Assembly: GCA_977017575.1 (NCBI GenBank)
Contig: CDRNVI010000056.1
Span: 248,001-312,000, forward strand
Source of the DNA: Paramoeba atlantica
Taxonomy: Eukaryota > Protista > Discosea
Length of the DNA: 64,000 nucleotides
Direction of reading: 5' to 3'
Shown: one piece after another, positions 10,725 through 22,884 of the stretch
Position numbering within the stretch: the first letter of the stretch is position 1
Layout of the letters: every line of letters starts with the position of its first letter
The notes under the pieces: model-generated
The model's input: the letters and a program-made list of their open reading frames with translations, nothing else
Told to the model about the DNA's origin: nothing
The model's database searches: none
Made by a program: the position numbers and the translations under genes

Positions 10725-12974
10725 CCGTTACCCCCCCCTTACTTATCCAGGTACGCTACTTATCACAAAATCCCAAACCTTACTTATCCGCAAGGATAAG
10801 TAGCGTACCTGGACCTTGGCCTTTTTTCCGAACTTTTTTATTGTTTTAGATTTGAGGTAGCTGTACAATGCGTTGCTATTTTAAAGTATTTATCTATCTA
10901 CAACTCTTGAATTCTTTTTTCTACAACTCATCCTCCCTCTCTCTCTCTCTGAATGTCTGACTTGAATCGGCTGGTTTTTCATGCAGGGCAGGTCCGCAAC
11001 GCACTCTTACCACAAGAGGCGGTTGTCGTAATTCCGGATCCGAATGCCGTAGTCAATGTTATCCCAAACGTTGAACTACTGGCCCATGCTCAAGTTGAAC
11101 AAGACCGTCCACGGAAAAGTCGGGTCGAGCTTACTATCCAGCAGAAACTTAACATTTGTGCTGCAATAGAAGCTATGAAGCCCGAAGCAACGGTTGCCGC
11201 AGAGTTTCGCATCACTCCTTCCACGGTGCGAAAAATCATCCTGCAGAAGGAAGAGTGGATGAGGCTTGTGCGCCTTGGCCACGGAAGTTCCTATCAATTC
11301 CACCCCCGCGTCAGAATCAGGAATTGTACACTCAGGGTTCTCGCATGATTGGGGTCTTGCGTGACGCGCTCGTCGGGGTCACGAAATGGTCTCATAGAGA
11401 ATGGGAAGGTAAAGTTCTGGCAGCGCTTTTGTCGATTTGCGAACGTTCGTCGCCGCTGTGTAAACGGTTGCACTCAACTCGTTCCGTCAGATGCTGATGA
11501 GCGGGTCAGAAACTTTCTCGAGATGCTTACTCTGATGAACGTCGATCTTTCACTCTTTACTCTGTCATCCTCACGGGTGATGAGACCGGAGTAGTGTGGG
11601 AACTTGTAAGTAGTGTTACTATTGAACTTCGTGGGACGTGGCGGGTGCGAGTTCGCACAGCCGGAACGGAACGCCAAATGACGACAACATGTTTTGCGGC
11701 GCGCTCCGTTCGAGGCGCGGGTGGCGTTTGGGACCATACCATGCCCCCTCATCTCATCTGGCAGGCGCAGTCCTCCACAGGCCCCATCTCGGGAAATCAA
11801 CGCGGCAGCTGTAACCGTTGTACTGCCACCACAACTGCATCGGGGTGGACAAATGGCGACTCTTTTCTGGCATGGCTTCAAAGAGAGTTGTTAGACCATG
11901 CGCGTTATCCTCCGCGACAAACTTTACTGGTGATTGACCTCTATGCTGCTCATCGAACTCACAAAATTCTTTCTTACCTTCGTGAGCGAGAGGTTGATGT
12001 CTTGTTCATTCCTTCAGGTTGCACCTCGCTCATCCAACTCATGGATGATGCAGTCAACCGAGCGTTCAAGCACTATTACCGGGATAAATTTTCTACCTGA
12101 CGTGCCTCTCAGAACGGGTTTCGCCGCCCCACGCGTCAGAAAATCACGCGTTTTGTCACTGAAGCGCTACAGTCCTTTCCTGCAGTAGAAGCCTATCGTG
12201 TGGAATTTGAACGCAAGCTCTCATCCCACCTTCTACGAGTCGCAGAAACAATTTCCCCCCAACGGGTACAATCTCTACGTGGTAGTACCCTTGTGGTTGG
12301 CGCAACGCCTGCAGAAGCTGCTTTGGAGACAGAAGTCGTCTCCAATGCTTTTCAGCAGCTTTCTTTCGGTGAGGAAGTGATTGATGCGGATACTGATCAA
12401 TGAGCGCCCTCTTTGATATAAAATTGTGTGCACTCGGGCGTAATATGATAATTTTTATAATATGAGAATAGATTCAATTGAGGCATATCGAATATTTTTC
12501 GTTCGCTTTTACTCCTGGGTTGGTCGGAATGTCATTCTATAAAAATATTATTCCTCATATTTTTCTGGTTTTTTTTCCATGCTTTTACATGCCATCAACA
12601 ACCAGCAACGACTACACTTTTTCCCCCCGCTTATTTTTTGTCATGCAATTAGCACTACTTTTTTTCGTGTTCTATGATGTTGTTCTTATAATGTGCATGA
12701 CATTCTCTTAGCCTTCATTTGTGTCACACTCGCGTTGTTTTTTATGTACCTTGTATATTTCGATTACTTCTCTCTGTTTGTTGTACAACTTTGTTTTCTC
12801 TATGTTATTGTTTTCATTTATGGCAGGACGCTTCCGAAAACCACTCACCAACCTAAGGTACACTACTCAGGCACGCTACTTATCCAGGTACGCTACTTAT
12901 CCAGGCACGCTACTTATCACAAAATCACTGATTTTGGGGTCAAAATGCGGGATAAGTAAGGGGGGGGGTAACGG
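10725..12974 (+). mobile_element. pogo/Tigger-like transposon, full length but decayed
   Basis: TIRs TA|CCGTTACCCCCCCCTTACTTATCC at both ends with TA TSD; subterminal ACGCTACTTATC repeats; CENP-B-like HTH (LTIQQKLNI..VAAEFRITPSTVRKI) and DDE_1 motifs (GDETG, SGWTN, LLVIDLYAAH, IPSGCTSLIQLMD) with frameshifts. Confidence 0.85.
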
Positions 12975-13327
12975 TACTATGATAATTATTCGTCGTTTAT
13001 TTCAAAGATAATCATTAAACAAAATATTTTTTCATGACATTGAGACATTTTTTAACGTCACTGTAAGTAGGGGGTGGTGAATTTACTATCTTTTTCTCAG
13101 AACTGAGAAAAAGGGAGTAGGGGGAGCGGTGACAATTATGTGTGCTGGGATAGTATCAACTTTAATTGTTAAGCAAAACTTTACTTGTTAAACTGAATGG
13201 GCTTTATTGGAGAAGGAAGACATGAAAACGTGCACTGAAGAAAGACCAAAATTACTACTATTCAAAAATCAACTTCTTCGACAAAAAATAACTTTCTTTG
13301 CCAATTCTAAATACTTCTACTCAAAAT

Positions 13328-13609
13328 TCATAGACGTAAAGGTGTATTGCTGCTGATACATTGTTGTGCATTCCTTCTTGGTACTCTTGCGATACGTACT
13401 GCTTTGATTTTTACTTGTTCTGTCGTAGCAAAACAAACATACGCACGTTTGAACTTCTCAATGATTGTGGCAAGTTTCACCTCACCAAAGAAAGCGTAAT
13501 ACTCAGTTAAGTACCTTTTCCTCATTTCCGACGGAAGATGCCCCACAATGATCGAGCGCTCGTCACGCTCTCCCAAAGCTGAACTCAAGTTCATCTCTGA
13601 TTCGTGCAA
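13328..13609 (-). pseudogene. RRM-domain fragment, probably part of a decayed gene extending to about 14330
   Basis: SIIVGHLP (RNP2-like), FGEVKLATII and RAYVCF (RNP1-like); upstream frames are broken. Confidence 0.45.
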
Positions 13610-15066
13610 GTCATCCCGCTTCCGCTTAACATCTAATCTTCAGCGAAAAATCGCGTTCTTCGGTGGGAGCGTTCTCCGGATGAGTAGATATAGTGTATTG
13701 TCACACGTTGTGGTTCCATGGAACACGGAACACCGTTGTAAGTATATACAATGGAATGGTATCTTCCGTTAAAGGTTCTTTTGTCACATCGGAACCCTAC
13801 AAACCGGGAGATACCATTCCTGTTCTGTGGTGGTTTGACAAAGGTTCTTTCGCACATTCTGATCCGTCCTTTGCCTCTTCACCCTTGAATTGTCCGTTTC
13901 TCCTGTTAAAGCTCTCTTGTATTTGATACCGGGGGTACTTTTTTCCCTGTGAATAATGTCTTTCGAATGCTGCGAAATTGTCGTTCCTCAAATAATGCAG
14001 CGGTATTTCATTGGAACACTGGCGATTACTGGGCGGGCGTTTCATAACGACTTGGCGCTCTGTTCAGCGCTTCCAGCCGCCCGATAATGAAAAATGTGTC
14101 GTTCGTTTATCTAATGTGTCGTTCGTTTATGTGGGCAGTCTCTCATCATACATACGACTGTATGATATGTATGTATGATCCGGGGAGCGACACGTAAAAC
14201 ATAATGGTCGGCTTCCGTGGGGAGATGCACTGTAGTTTCCATACGAAAAATGTTGTGGTCGAAACTGTTGAAGCCTCCGATTTCCTGAAAACGTTCAGTA
14301 TCGGCTGCATATCTTTTCGCTCTCATTCAGTTGGTCAGTACGTATTGACGCGGAAGGGTGAAAAGGATAAAGTGAATGAAAAAGTGAAGGGTTCAATGTA
14401 CAGGGTTCAATGTACGGTACGGTGAGAACCCATTTTTGTGTCTCGTGTCGACTCTCGGTTACTACGCAGAAGCACAATCATAGACCGTTCATCAAGTACA
14501 TGAATAAATACATGGTATTATTGGTATACGGCCGTGATGGAGGCTTGAGCCTAAATTCCCGTTGTCGAGATTGATCTATCTGAACCTCAACCTCTCTGAG
14601 GTCTATTTCATTTTCATGAAGTCTTCCTCCAAAAATCAATAATGAGGTTCAATAATGAGGTCTATAGCTCCTTCGTGCTTTAGAATATTACAGCACCGTT
14701 CGACTGAACTTGGAACAGCTCTACCTTTCGCACATACTTTGTACTCTACGAATTTCGCTACCGTTGGAACTTTCTGTGCCAGGTACTATACAGAAGTAAA
14801 TTCGCCCATTACCCATCGTGTCACACCGCCAAGCTTAGGAGTCTCACATGCACATGTCGTTTTCGCTTTCTCGAGTTCCTCCAAGATGTGGGGCACTAAT
14901 ATTGTGAGGGCTGTGTGCTTTTCTGTATGTGTTTTTTCCGAGCTCAGCGTGAAGTGAGACCGCGAGACGCGGGACGTAACGCTTTAACAGATAAAGCATT
15001 AAACATATAAATTTATGTCGCCTGAAGGAGTGGAGCTTATGGAACGTGTCATTGTGTTTAGTTTCT

Positions 15067-15147
15067 TCCCCCCTTTATTATGATTCGCCCCGCTTTAATG
15101 TGCACAAACTCCAAAACAGTGTGCATATTAAAGGGGGGGGCGCAGTA
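15067..15147. mobile_element. Solo right end of the pogo-like family
   Basis: ATTAAAGGGGGGGGCGCAG|TA with inner inverted CCCC.CTTTAAT copies; same architecture as 43500-43566. Confidence 0.45.
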
Positions 15148-16117
15148 CTGCGTTCCTCTTTATACATGTATGTTTATACATGTATGTTTGCTATTTTTGT
15201 TCACTTTTACTTCAATAAGCAAGGTTGGAGCTGTAGTTATAATTATTCGCAATAATTCCTCATGGGGGGGTGAATCTTCAACTTGGTTAATCAAGAACCC
15301 TTGCATAATGTATGTTTTTTGCATTGATGACGAATCCGATTTGCGTCGGGGTAAAGTGACCTCTCTGCTACTACCCCAAGAGGATATGTTGGAACGATTT
15401 ATTTCGAACCTAACTAAAACGCATAAATCCTGGCGCACAACAACAAAACAAATGTTTGGACGTGTCAAACGTGTATCGGTATGCCAATGGCGGGGTGTGG
15501 CATGTCACAAAGATCAAACAGTGAGCCAAATTGAATGGTTTTCAATGAAACTTTCTGGCACCTTACAGTGGGAGTTCTTGCCGTATACGTTGCAATGTTG
15601 TAACCTTGTCAATAACAGACTAGGCGGCTCTCTTCAACTTGACATATTGCCAGCACAACTTACATATTTAACACTATCGGTGAACACCTTTATCGGTGAG
15701 TTAAACTTAACCCAATTGCCAAACACATTGCACACACTTGAGTTGCGTGACAACCAATTTGAAGGAAGTGTTAATCTCACGAATCTGTGTTCTGCGTTGA
15801 AGTTTTTATACCTTCACGAAAATAAACTTTCTGGTGCCGTCGATCTTTCTCACCTGCCGAAGAATTTACAATACTTACAATTGTCCAGGAACAGACTTAC
15901 AGGATCGCTTTCCTTGCAGCACTTACCTTCATCGCTGACGTATTTTCTTTCGGATCACAACTGTTTCTCCGGTTTAGTTGTGTTTGGCTGTCTTCCTGAA
16001 AACTTGCAGTTTTTGTCAATGAGCAACAACGTGGGCCTTTACGGCGAGATTGATTCGTCTGTTCTTCCGAAGACTTTACAACTTGACTTCTGCAATACCA
16101 ACATTCGCTATAAGTAA
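15080..16117 (+). CDS. Leucine-rich repeat protein (family member)
   Basis: DDESDLRRGKVTSLLLPQEDMLERFI N-cap, VCQWRGVAC and about 7 LRRs. The real start is probably the ATG near 15316 or the EDM methionine, because the first codons overlap a TE end. Confidence 0.8.
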   Translation: MIRPALMCTNSKTVCILKGGAQYCVPLYTCMFIHVCLLFLFTFTSISKVGAVVIIIRNNSSWGGESSTWLIKNPCIMYVFCIDDESDLRRGKVTSLLLPQEDMLERFISNLTKTHKSWRTTTKQMFGRVKRVSVCQWRGVACHKDQTVSQIEWFSMKLSGTLQWEFLPYTLQCCNLVNNRLGGSLQLDILPAQLTYLTLSVNTFIGELNLTQLPNTLHTLELRDNQFEGSVNLTNLCSALKFLYLHENKLSGAVDLSHLPKNLQYLQLSRNRLTGSLSLQHLPSSLTYFLSDHNCFSGLVVFGCLPENLQFLSMSNNVGLYGEIDSSVLPKTLQLDFCNTNIRYK

Positions 16118-16371
16118 AACAGTGAAAAATATGAAAGTGAAAACGAAGAGCCATTTTCAGAACCCGACCACAAGGGTCTACTGATAGGAGTAGGGCGTTT
16201 TTCAACACTCTCACTCCCTCTACCCTCCCTAAATCCTCCAGTGCTCATTCTTCCAAACCTTTTTTTGTCCCAATACTTATTTTTATCTCTCTTCTTCATT
16301 TTTTTATCTCTCTTCTTCATGTTTTGAATTCAATCCAAAACGATTGGCCGTTCGATTTACGCGATCTTCCG

Positions 16372-16776
16372 ATGCAACGACGTCCCATTCCTCCATCCCC
16401 TCCCCTCACACAGTTCCATTCTATACGACACGATGAAAAAAAAGAAAATGATGAAAAAGGAAAGGAAGACGAAGGGAATGCGCTTCCCGTGTTGGTTCTG
16501 CGCACACGAGTTCGCCTGGAGGGCCCCGAGGGCTCCGGCCCTCACGTGTCGTGGGCGCCCGATGTCGTGGAACGGAAAAACCAGAAAACATCAAAGAAAT
16601 GCTGCGTGTTCCATCCCGCATGGAAATTGTCGAATCACGAAATAGAGAACAGCGACCAGGAGGAGGAGGAGGAGCGCATGGGGAAGAATCAAAAGGAAAG
16701 AATGCCGGATGTTGAAGGGCGAGCCCATCCGGTGTGCTCTAGGGCGGCTTGCTTCTGTGATACTACGCTGCCGTGA
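16372..16776 (+). CDS. YPI1: Protein phosphatase 1 inhibitor-3 / Ypi1 / PPP1R11-like
   Basis: HVSWAPDVVE...KTSKKCCVFHP matches the inhibitor-3 signature (RVxW-type motif followed by KKSKxCCIFH); first ATG at 16372. Confidence 0.75.
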   Translation: MQRRPIPPSPPLTQFHSIRHDEKKENDEKGKEDEGNALPVLVLRTRVRLEGPEGSGPHVSWAPDVVERKNQKTSKKCCVFHPAWKLSNHEIENSDQEEEEERMGKNQKERMPDVEGRAHPVCSRAACFCDTTLP

Positions 16777-17069
16777 ATCTTCGGTTCGTTGTTCTTTTCG
16801 CTTGTTTCTCGTATTGTAGCTTGCAGTTCTTTTGTCAAGTCTTCCTACTTCAGTGTTTGTAGGGTAACTTTAGCATGGGAAACATTAATTAACCCTTTTT
16901 TGTCTCCTACTTCTACAGATTTTCCTTTTTTGTTGCGATTAGTGAAAAGGTGGAAGAGTACATGCAGTCTAAATCTACGTCCCTTCCCCCCACCCCCCAT
17001 CCCGTCAATACTTCGCATTCCTGTTCTGGCACTGAGATAAGGAGGTACATTGTCTTTTTTCTATTTTGT

Positions 17070-17698
17070 AAAGGGGGGGTACACCCACTATTGGCAAACT
17101 GTTTTGCCAATAGTGGGTGGTTTTTACCCCCTTTGTCCAATAGTGGGTGATTTTTAATTCTGATCACCCACTCTTGGACAAAGGGGTTTTACAAACGCAT
17201 TCAAAATTCCTCTTTTACCGCAACGATTTCGACAAATTGTTCTATTTCTTCTACTGAAAACCCCCGAAGGCCCCCGACGTGCGGACACCCACCCCCTACG
17301 CCATATGCGCCTCCTGTGGAGGCTCCCGAGCCAAATCTCTCTTACTGGGGGATCTCTTACTGGGGGGTGTAAGGTAGTAGGAAAATCGTTGTGACATTTC
17401 TCGTCATCTTCGAAATCGGACGCAAAATCACTTTCGATGTCAGAGTACACTTCTACACCGATATCACCTGAGTTATCACTTAATTTATAATTTACTATTC
17501 CTTTATGGCGGCAGCCTTCAAGGTGTCCATTAGTTGCTACTAATTAGAAAGTTGCTACATTTAGAAATTCCATCTTAACAAATTTTGAGGTAATTAATTA
17601 TTTACCAATAGTGGGTGAGTTTTCCAATAGTGGGTGATTTCCAAGAGTGGGTGATTTTCAAGAGTGGGTGATTGCCAATAGTGGGTGTACCCCCCTTT
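17070..17698. mobile_element. MITE with about 28-bp TIRs and subterminal repeats
   Basis: AAAGGGGGG(G)TACACCCACTATTGGCAA at both ends; many CCAA(T/G)AGTGGGTG subterminal copies; superfamily and TSD unresolved. Confidence 0.65.
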
Positions 17699-18084
17699 TA
17701 GTGTAGCAGCATTTAGAAATCTCGTTTTTGGACGGCAGGGAGATTGGAGACCGCAGCGAGATCGTACTGAATCCCCACCCGCAGCCCCTCAGATGGTAGC
17801 GAACGTACACCGGTTCGCAATCTTACAGTCCTAAGTCGTCTCCAAACCAAAGTTAACTTTGTGTATACTGCAACGTAAGCCCCGTGACAATCGCTTATTG
17901 AAAACGTATCGCCCTACTCTAACTAGAGAATTAGTGTACTATCACTGCAGGAAAAGAAAACAAAATTAATATCCAATATTACACCCCCCGTTCTACGATA
18001 CCTTGTTCACACGTTTTAAGTACTCTGAACACATTTTTTGGCCGCTACTTTTTTGTTTCTACTTTTTGGGGCGAAGTGCTTCTT

Positions 18085-18320
18085 TCATGTAGCTTGCCAT
18101 CATGGCTCGAATGTTATCCACAGGGTTCAGGTCAGGATACTTAGGAAGCCTCCTAAGTGCCTGTGGAACATCTGTGACTTTGTGATGGTGTGCGTCGGGG
18201 CGTCATCCGGGTGAAGTACCGCGTGTCTGTGATCGCGAATGTATCGTACAAAACCGATGTCTTTCGAAGCCTCCATGGGTAGCAATGTGTCGCGTCCATA
18301 ACATACTCCCCGTCATTAAT
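18085..18320 (-). pseudogene. Degenerate Tc1/IS630 transposase relic
   Basis: DTLLP, LHPDDAPTHT and PKYPDLNPVDNI remnants in shifting frames. Confidence 0.5.
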
Positions 18321-18343
18321 AATGATTATCTTAAAAAAATCCA

Positions 18344-18546
18344 GGTATAAAGGGGCGAGGGCAACAGATGGATGCAACAGGTGTAGCAGATTCCCAATGA
18401 AAGGAAATCGTATCTCCCTGCACGAAGTTGGCTCCAAGCTAGCAAGCGCATTGGTAGGCATTTCTCGTGCAGGGAGATGCGATTTCTTTTCAGTGGTAAT
18501 CTTCTACATCTGTTGCTTCGTATCTCCCTCGCCCCTTTATACCTGA
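18344..18546. mobile_element. Palindromic MITE-like unit, copy 2
   Basis: CAGGTATAAAGGGGCGAG...CTCGCCCCTTTATACCTG; spacer again contains AGCTAGCAAGCGC. Confidence 0.6.
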
Positions 18547-18654
18547 ATTCTACAAAAACAGTTTCGTCGTATCAATCAGTAAAATTCGTGGGCGTTCTCG
18601 CAGCAATAATTGCCAACACAATGCCAATCTTCTTCTAAAAAGTGGCTTCTGGCA

Positions 18655-18795
18655 AAGTGGTCAGTTGGCCACCTCCTAAAAGAGTGACCACCTGGCCATC
18701 CTCTGAAAAAGTGACCATCTGGCCACCCCCTGAAAAAGTGTCCACCTGGCCACCCCCTGAAATTGTGCCAGGGGGTGGCCAGCTGGCCACCTTTT
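18655..18795. repeat. 27-bp tandem repeat with TGGCCAC core
   Basis: AAAAGTG.CCAYCTGGCCACCCCCTGA-like units, about 4-5 copies, last one inverted. Confidence 0.6.
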
Positions 18796-19639
18796 CAAGG
18801 CCGAGAAAATCATACCTTTTTTTCGTTTATTTGGTATGCCGTCGGCGAGTGAAATGTGTTTCAAAAAAAAGATAGTTCTGGAAGTTAGTTAAGGAGCTCA
18901 AAAATATTCCCCAAACTTTGAAACAGCTGTAGTCTGTCAATTTTGGGAACGTAATCAAGCATCTTTTTTTCGGATTTGAAATGTTCGTCTCTGAGTCGCA
19001 CTCCGAGTCGCGTTTTTGGTAAAAGGGTTCTAAAAACTGCTTACTGTACTCGATTTTTTTCATTTTTGGAGTATTACAGATTGATTAATGAGCCATACCC
19101 CTGTTTTTAAAATTTCAAAAAAAATGTTTTTGTGCTCGTTTTATGCCCATTTCGGGTTCGCGGAATTAACCTTAGTAAGCGAGTTAGATACTCACCGTAT
19201 CTCCCTCAATATCATTCTATGTGGTGAAAACTCTTAAAAAATTATCAACTTATTTTCGTGCACGCAGGATTTTCGTATATTATTTTTGTGTCTCAAAAAA
19301 ACTTTTCTTTGAACTAAAAAAGTATCAACTTATTTTCATGTTTTAGACCGCATTTTAGTATTTTTCCATGACTTCTCGATCACTGAAAAAGAAGCGCCCA
19401 TTAGAAGAATCGGGTTCTATTGAAACGTTTACAAGCTTTGGGGAACGGCCTTCCAAGTGGACTGCGGCAGACAGAAGCTACACTAGGTCATTAATAATGA
19501 TAATGATAATAATAATTTCAAAGAAAATCTTTCTTGAGGATTATCATCATCATTATTAATGATGGGTAGTAACCCTCGGTAAAGGGGCCGCCCATTACGA
19601 CTACAATTGAACGTTTTTTCATCGATTTATATTTAACTT

Positions 19640-19755
19640 TTCGGCACTTTGCAGTGGAAGTTCTTGCCGTACACGACGCAGTTTTTTGGGCTGTACAATA
19701 ATGAACTAGGAGGATCGCCTCAACTTGACATGCTTCCATTACAACTTATGTTGTA
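19640..19755 (+). pseudogene. LRR-family relic
   Basis: GTLQWKFLPYTTQFFGLYNNELGGSPQLDMLPLQLML*, homologous to GTLQWEFLPYTLQ..NNRLGGSLQLDILP in the 15080 ORF. Confidence 0.65.
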
Positions 19756-20340
19756 ATGCGTTGTGTTCTCCGGAACAAACATTCGTTATAAATAATACAA
19801 TGTATGGAATGCGTTACTATTCGGTCCACACGCGAAGGCTTGGTAAAAGGGCCTTCCAAAAGTTTTTGGGGGAACGACCGTCCCTTTTGACCCTAAATTA
19901 TTCAGTCCTAAGTCGTCTCCAAACAAACGTTTACTTTGTGTATACTGCCACGTAGGTCCCATGACAATCGCTTATTTAAAAATTATCGCCCTATTCCCTA
20001 TTTTTCTGTTTACGAAACAAATGGATATACACCCCCTTTCATTCGTAATGATAATTGAAAAAAGATTTTCACCTCGAACTGTGAAAATTACTCAAAAAAT
20101 ATCAAAAATAATTCATTCTATCATAACTCCTCCGTGACAGCTCGAGGTTTTTTCCGTCATCTCTTTATTCTTGTCTTGTTTTTTCCTTCGTAGACGTAAG
20201 TAACCCCCCCCCTCGCTTATATACACTGTATACACTTACGGTTATACACTTATACTACTGTATAAATAATTTACACACTTACACTTATCTATCCAATATA
20301 AGATAGATCTCGTTGACATCTAGGAAGAAAGAGGAAGAAA

Positions 20341-22884
20341 GACCTTGTTTACCCGTCTGCAAGACGAAAACATCTGACGTTAGTGGGAATCAATTTGCGA
20401 AGCCCAACAATTCCACCATACCCAACCCGTAATAAAGCCAAGACCTTGTTTACCCGTCTGCACGATAACATCTGACGTTAGTGGGAAGCAATTTGCGAAG
20501 CCCAACAATTCCACCATACCGAACCCGTAATAAAGCCAAGACCTTTACCCGTCTGCAAGACGAAAACGTCTGACGTTAGTGGGAAGCAATTTGCGAAGCC
20601 CAACAATTCCACCATACCCAACCCGTAATAAAGCCAAGACCTTGTTTACCCGTCTCCGAGACGAAAACGTCTGACGTTAGTGGGGAGTATTATGCGAAGC
20701 CCAACAATTCCACCATACCCAACCCGTAATAATGCCAAGACCTTGTTTACCCGTCTGCAAGACGAAAACGTCTGACGTTAGTGGGAAGCAATTTGCGAAG
20801 CCCAACAATTCCACCATACCCAACCCGTAATAAAGCCAAGACCTTGTTTACCCGTCTGCACGATAACATCTGACGTTAGTGGGAAGCAATTTGCGAAGCC
20901 CAACAATTCCACCATACCGAACCCGTAATAAAGCCAAGACCTTTACCCGTCTGCAAGACGAAAACGTCTGACGTTAGTGGGAAGCAATTTGCGAAGCCCA
21001 ACAATTCCACCATACCCAACCCGTAATAAAGCCAAGACCTTGTTTACCCGTCTCCGAGACGAAAACGTCTGACGTTAGTGGGGAGTATTATGCGAAGCCC
21101 AACAATTCCACCATACCCAACCCGTAATAAAGCCAAGACCTTGTTTACCCGTCTCCGAGACGAAAACGTCTGACGTTAGTGGGGAGTATTATGCGAAGCC
21201 CAACAATTCCACCATACCCAACCCGTAATAATGCCAAGACCTTGTTTACCCGTCTGCAAGACGAAAACGTCTGACGTTAGTGGGAAGCAATTTGCGAAGC
21301 CCAACAATTCCACCATACCCAACCCGTAATAAAGCCAAGACCTTGTTTACCCGTCTCCGAGACGAAAACGTCTGACGTTAGTGGGGAGTATTATGCGAAG
21401 CCCAACAATTCCACCATACCCAACCCGTAATAATGCCAAGACCTTGTTTACCCGTCTCCGAGACGAAAACGTCTGACGTTAGTGGGAAGCAATTTGCGAA
21501 GCCCAACAATTCCACCATACCCAACCCGTAATAAAGCCAAGACCTTGTTTACCCGTCTGCACGATAACATCTGACGTTAGTGGGAAGCAATTTGCGAAGC
21601 CCAACAATTCCACCATACCGAACCCGTAATAAAGTCAAGACCTTCTTTACCCGTCTGCACGATAACAACGTCTGACGTTAGTGGGAAGCAATTTGCGAAG
21701 CCCAACAATTCCACCATACCCAACCCGTAATAAAGCCAAGACCTTGTTTACCCGTCTGCACGATAACATCTGACGTTAGTGGGAAGCAATTTGCGAAGCC
21801 CAACAATTCCACCATACCGAACCCGTAATAAAGCCAAGACCTTCTCTACCCGTCTGCACGATAACAACGTCTGACGTTAGTGGGAAGCAATTTGCGAAGC
21901 CCAACAATTCCACCATACCCAACCCGTAATAAAGCCAAGACCTTGTTTACCCGTCTCCGAGACGAAAACGTCTGACGTTAGTGGGAAGCAATTTGCGAAG
22001 CCCAACAATTCCACCATACCCAACCCGTAATTAAGCCAAGACCTTGTTTACCCATCTGCACGATAACATCTGACGTTAGTGGGAAGCAATTTGCGAAGGC
22101 CAACAATTCCACCATACCCAACCCGTAATAAAGCCAAGACCTTGTTTACCCGTCTCCGAGACGAAAACGTCTGACGTTAGTGGGAAGCAATTTGCGAAGC
22201 CCAACAATTCCACCGTACACGTGGTTCACTGACGTTCGTGGGAAGCAATTTGCGAAGGCCAACAATTCCACCATACCCAACCCGTAATAAAGCCAAGACC
22301 TTGTTTACCCGTCTGCAAGACGAAAACGTCTGACGTTAGTGGGAAGCAATTTGCGAAGCCCAACAATTCCACCATAACCAACCCGTAATAAAACGAAGAC
22401 CTTGTTTACCCGTCTGCGAGACGAAAACGTCTGACGTTAGTGGGAAGCAATTTGCGAAGCCCAACAATTCCACCATACCCAACCCGTAATAAAGCCAAGA
22501 CCTTGTTTACCCGTCTCCAAGACGAAAGCGTTTGACGTTAGTGGGAAGTACTATGCGAAGCATAACAATTCCACCATACCCAACCCGTAATAATGCCAAG
22601 ACCTTGTTTACCCGTCTGCAAGACGAAAACGTTTGACGTTAGTGGGAAGTATTATGCGAAGCATAACAATTCCACCATACCCAACCCGTAATAATGCCAA
22701 GACCTTGTTTACCCGTCTCCAAGACGAAAACATCTGACGTTAGTGGGAAGCAATTTGCGAAGCCCAACAATTCCACCATACCCAACCCATAATAAAGCCA
22801 AGACCTTGTTTACCCGTCTCCAAGACGAAAACGTTTGACGTTAGTGGGAAGTATTATGCGAAGCATAACAATTCCACCATACCC
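20341..22884. repeat. ~101-bp satellite array, main block (about 25 monomers)
   Basis: Monomer GACCTTGTTTACCCGTCTGCAAGACGAAAACGTCTGACGTTAGTGGGAAGCAATTTGCGAAGCCCAACAATTCCACCATACCCAACCCGTAATAAAGCCAA; 98-101-bp variants, a 58-bp short variant and a 398-bp four-monomer higher-order repeat at the left end. Confidence 0.95.

Larger units (their letters stand above)
17826..19993 (+). repeat. Pair of ~91-bp direct repeats (17826-17916 and 19903-19993)
   Basis: CAGTCCTAAGTCGTCTCCAAAC...GACAATCGCTTATT...TATCGCCCTA occurs twice, 2077 bp apart, diverged. Confidence 0.7.

Noticed and set aside
17826-19993. 91-bp direct repeats as LTRs
   Set aside because: No TG..CA ends, PBS, PPT or gag/pol between them; the interior holds unrelated Tc1 and LRR relics.
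20341-22884. Satellite as a spliced-leader RNA gene array (ACTAACG and TTGGGTATG on the - strand)
   Set aside because: The conserved CAGTTTCTGTAC core is absent and the motifs are about 60 nt apart instead of fitting a 39-nt exon.
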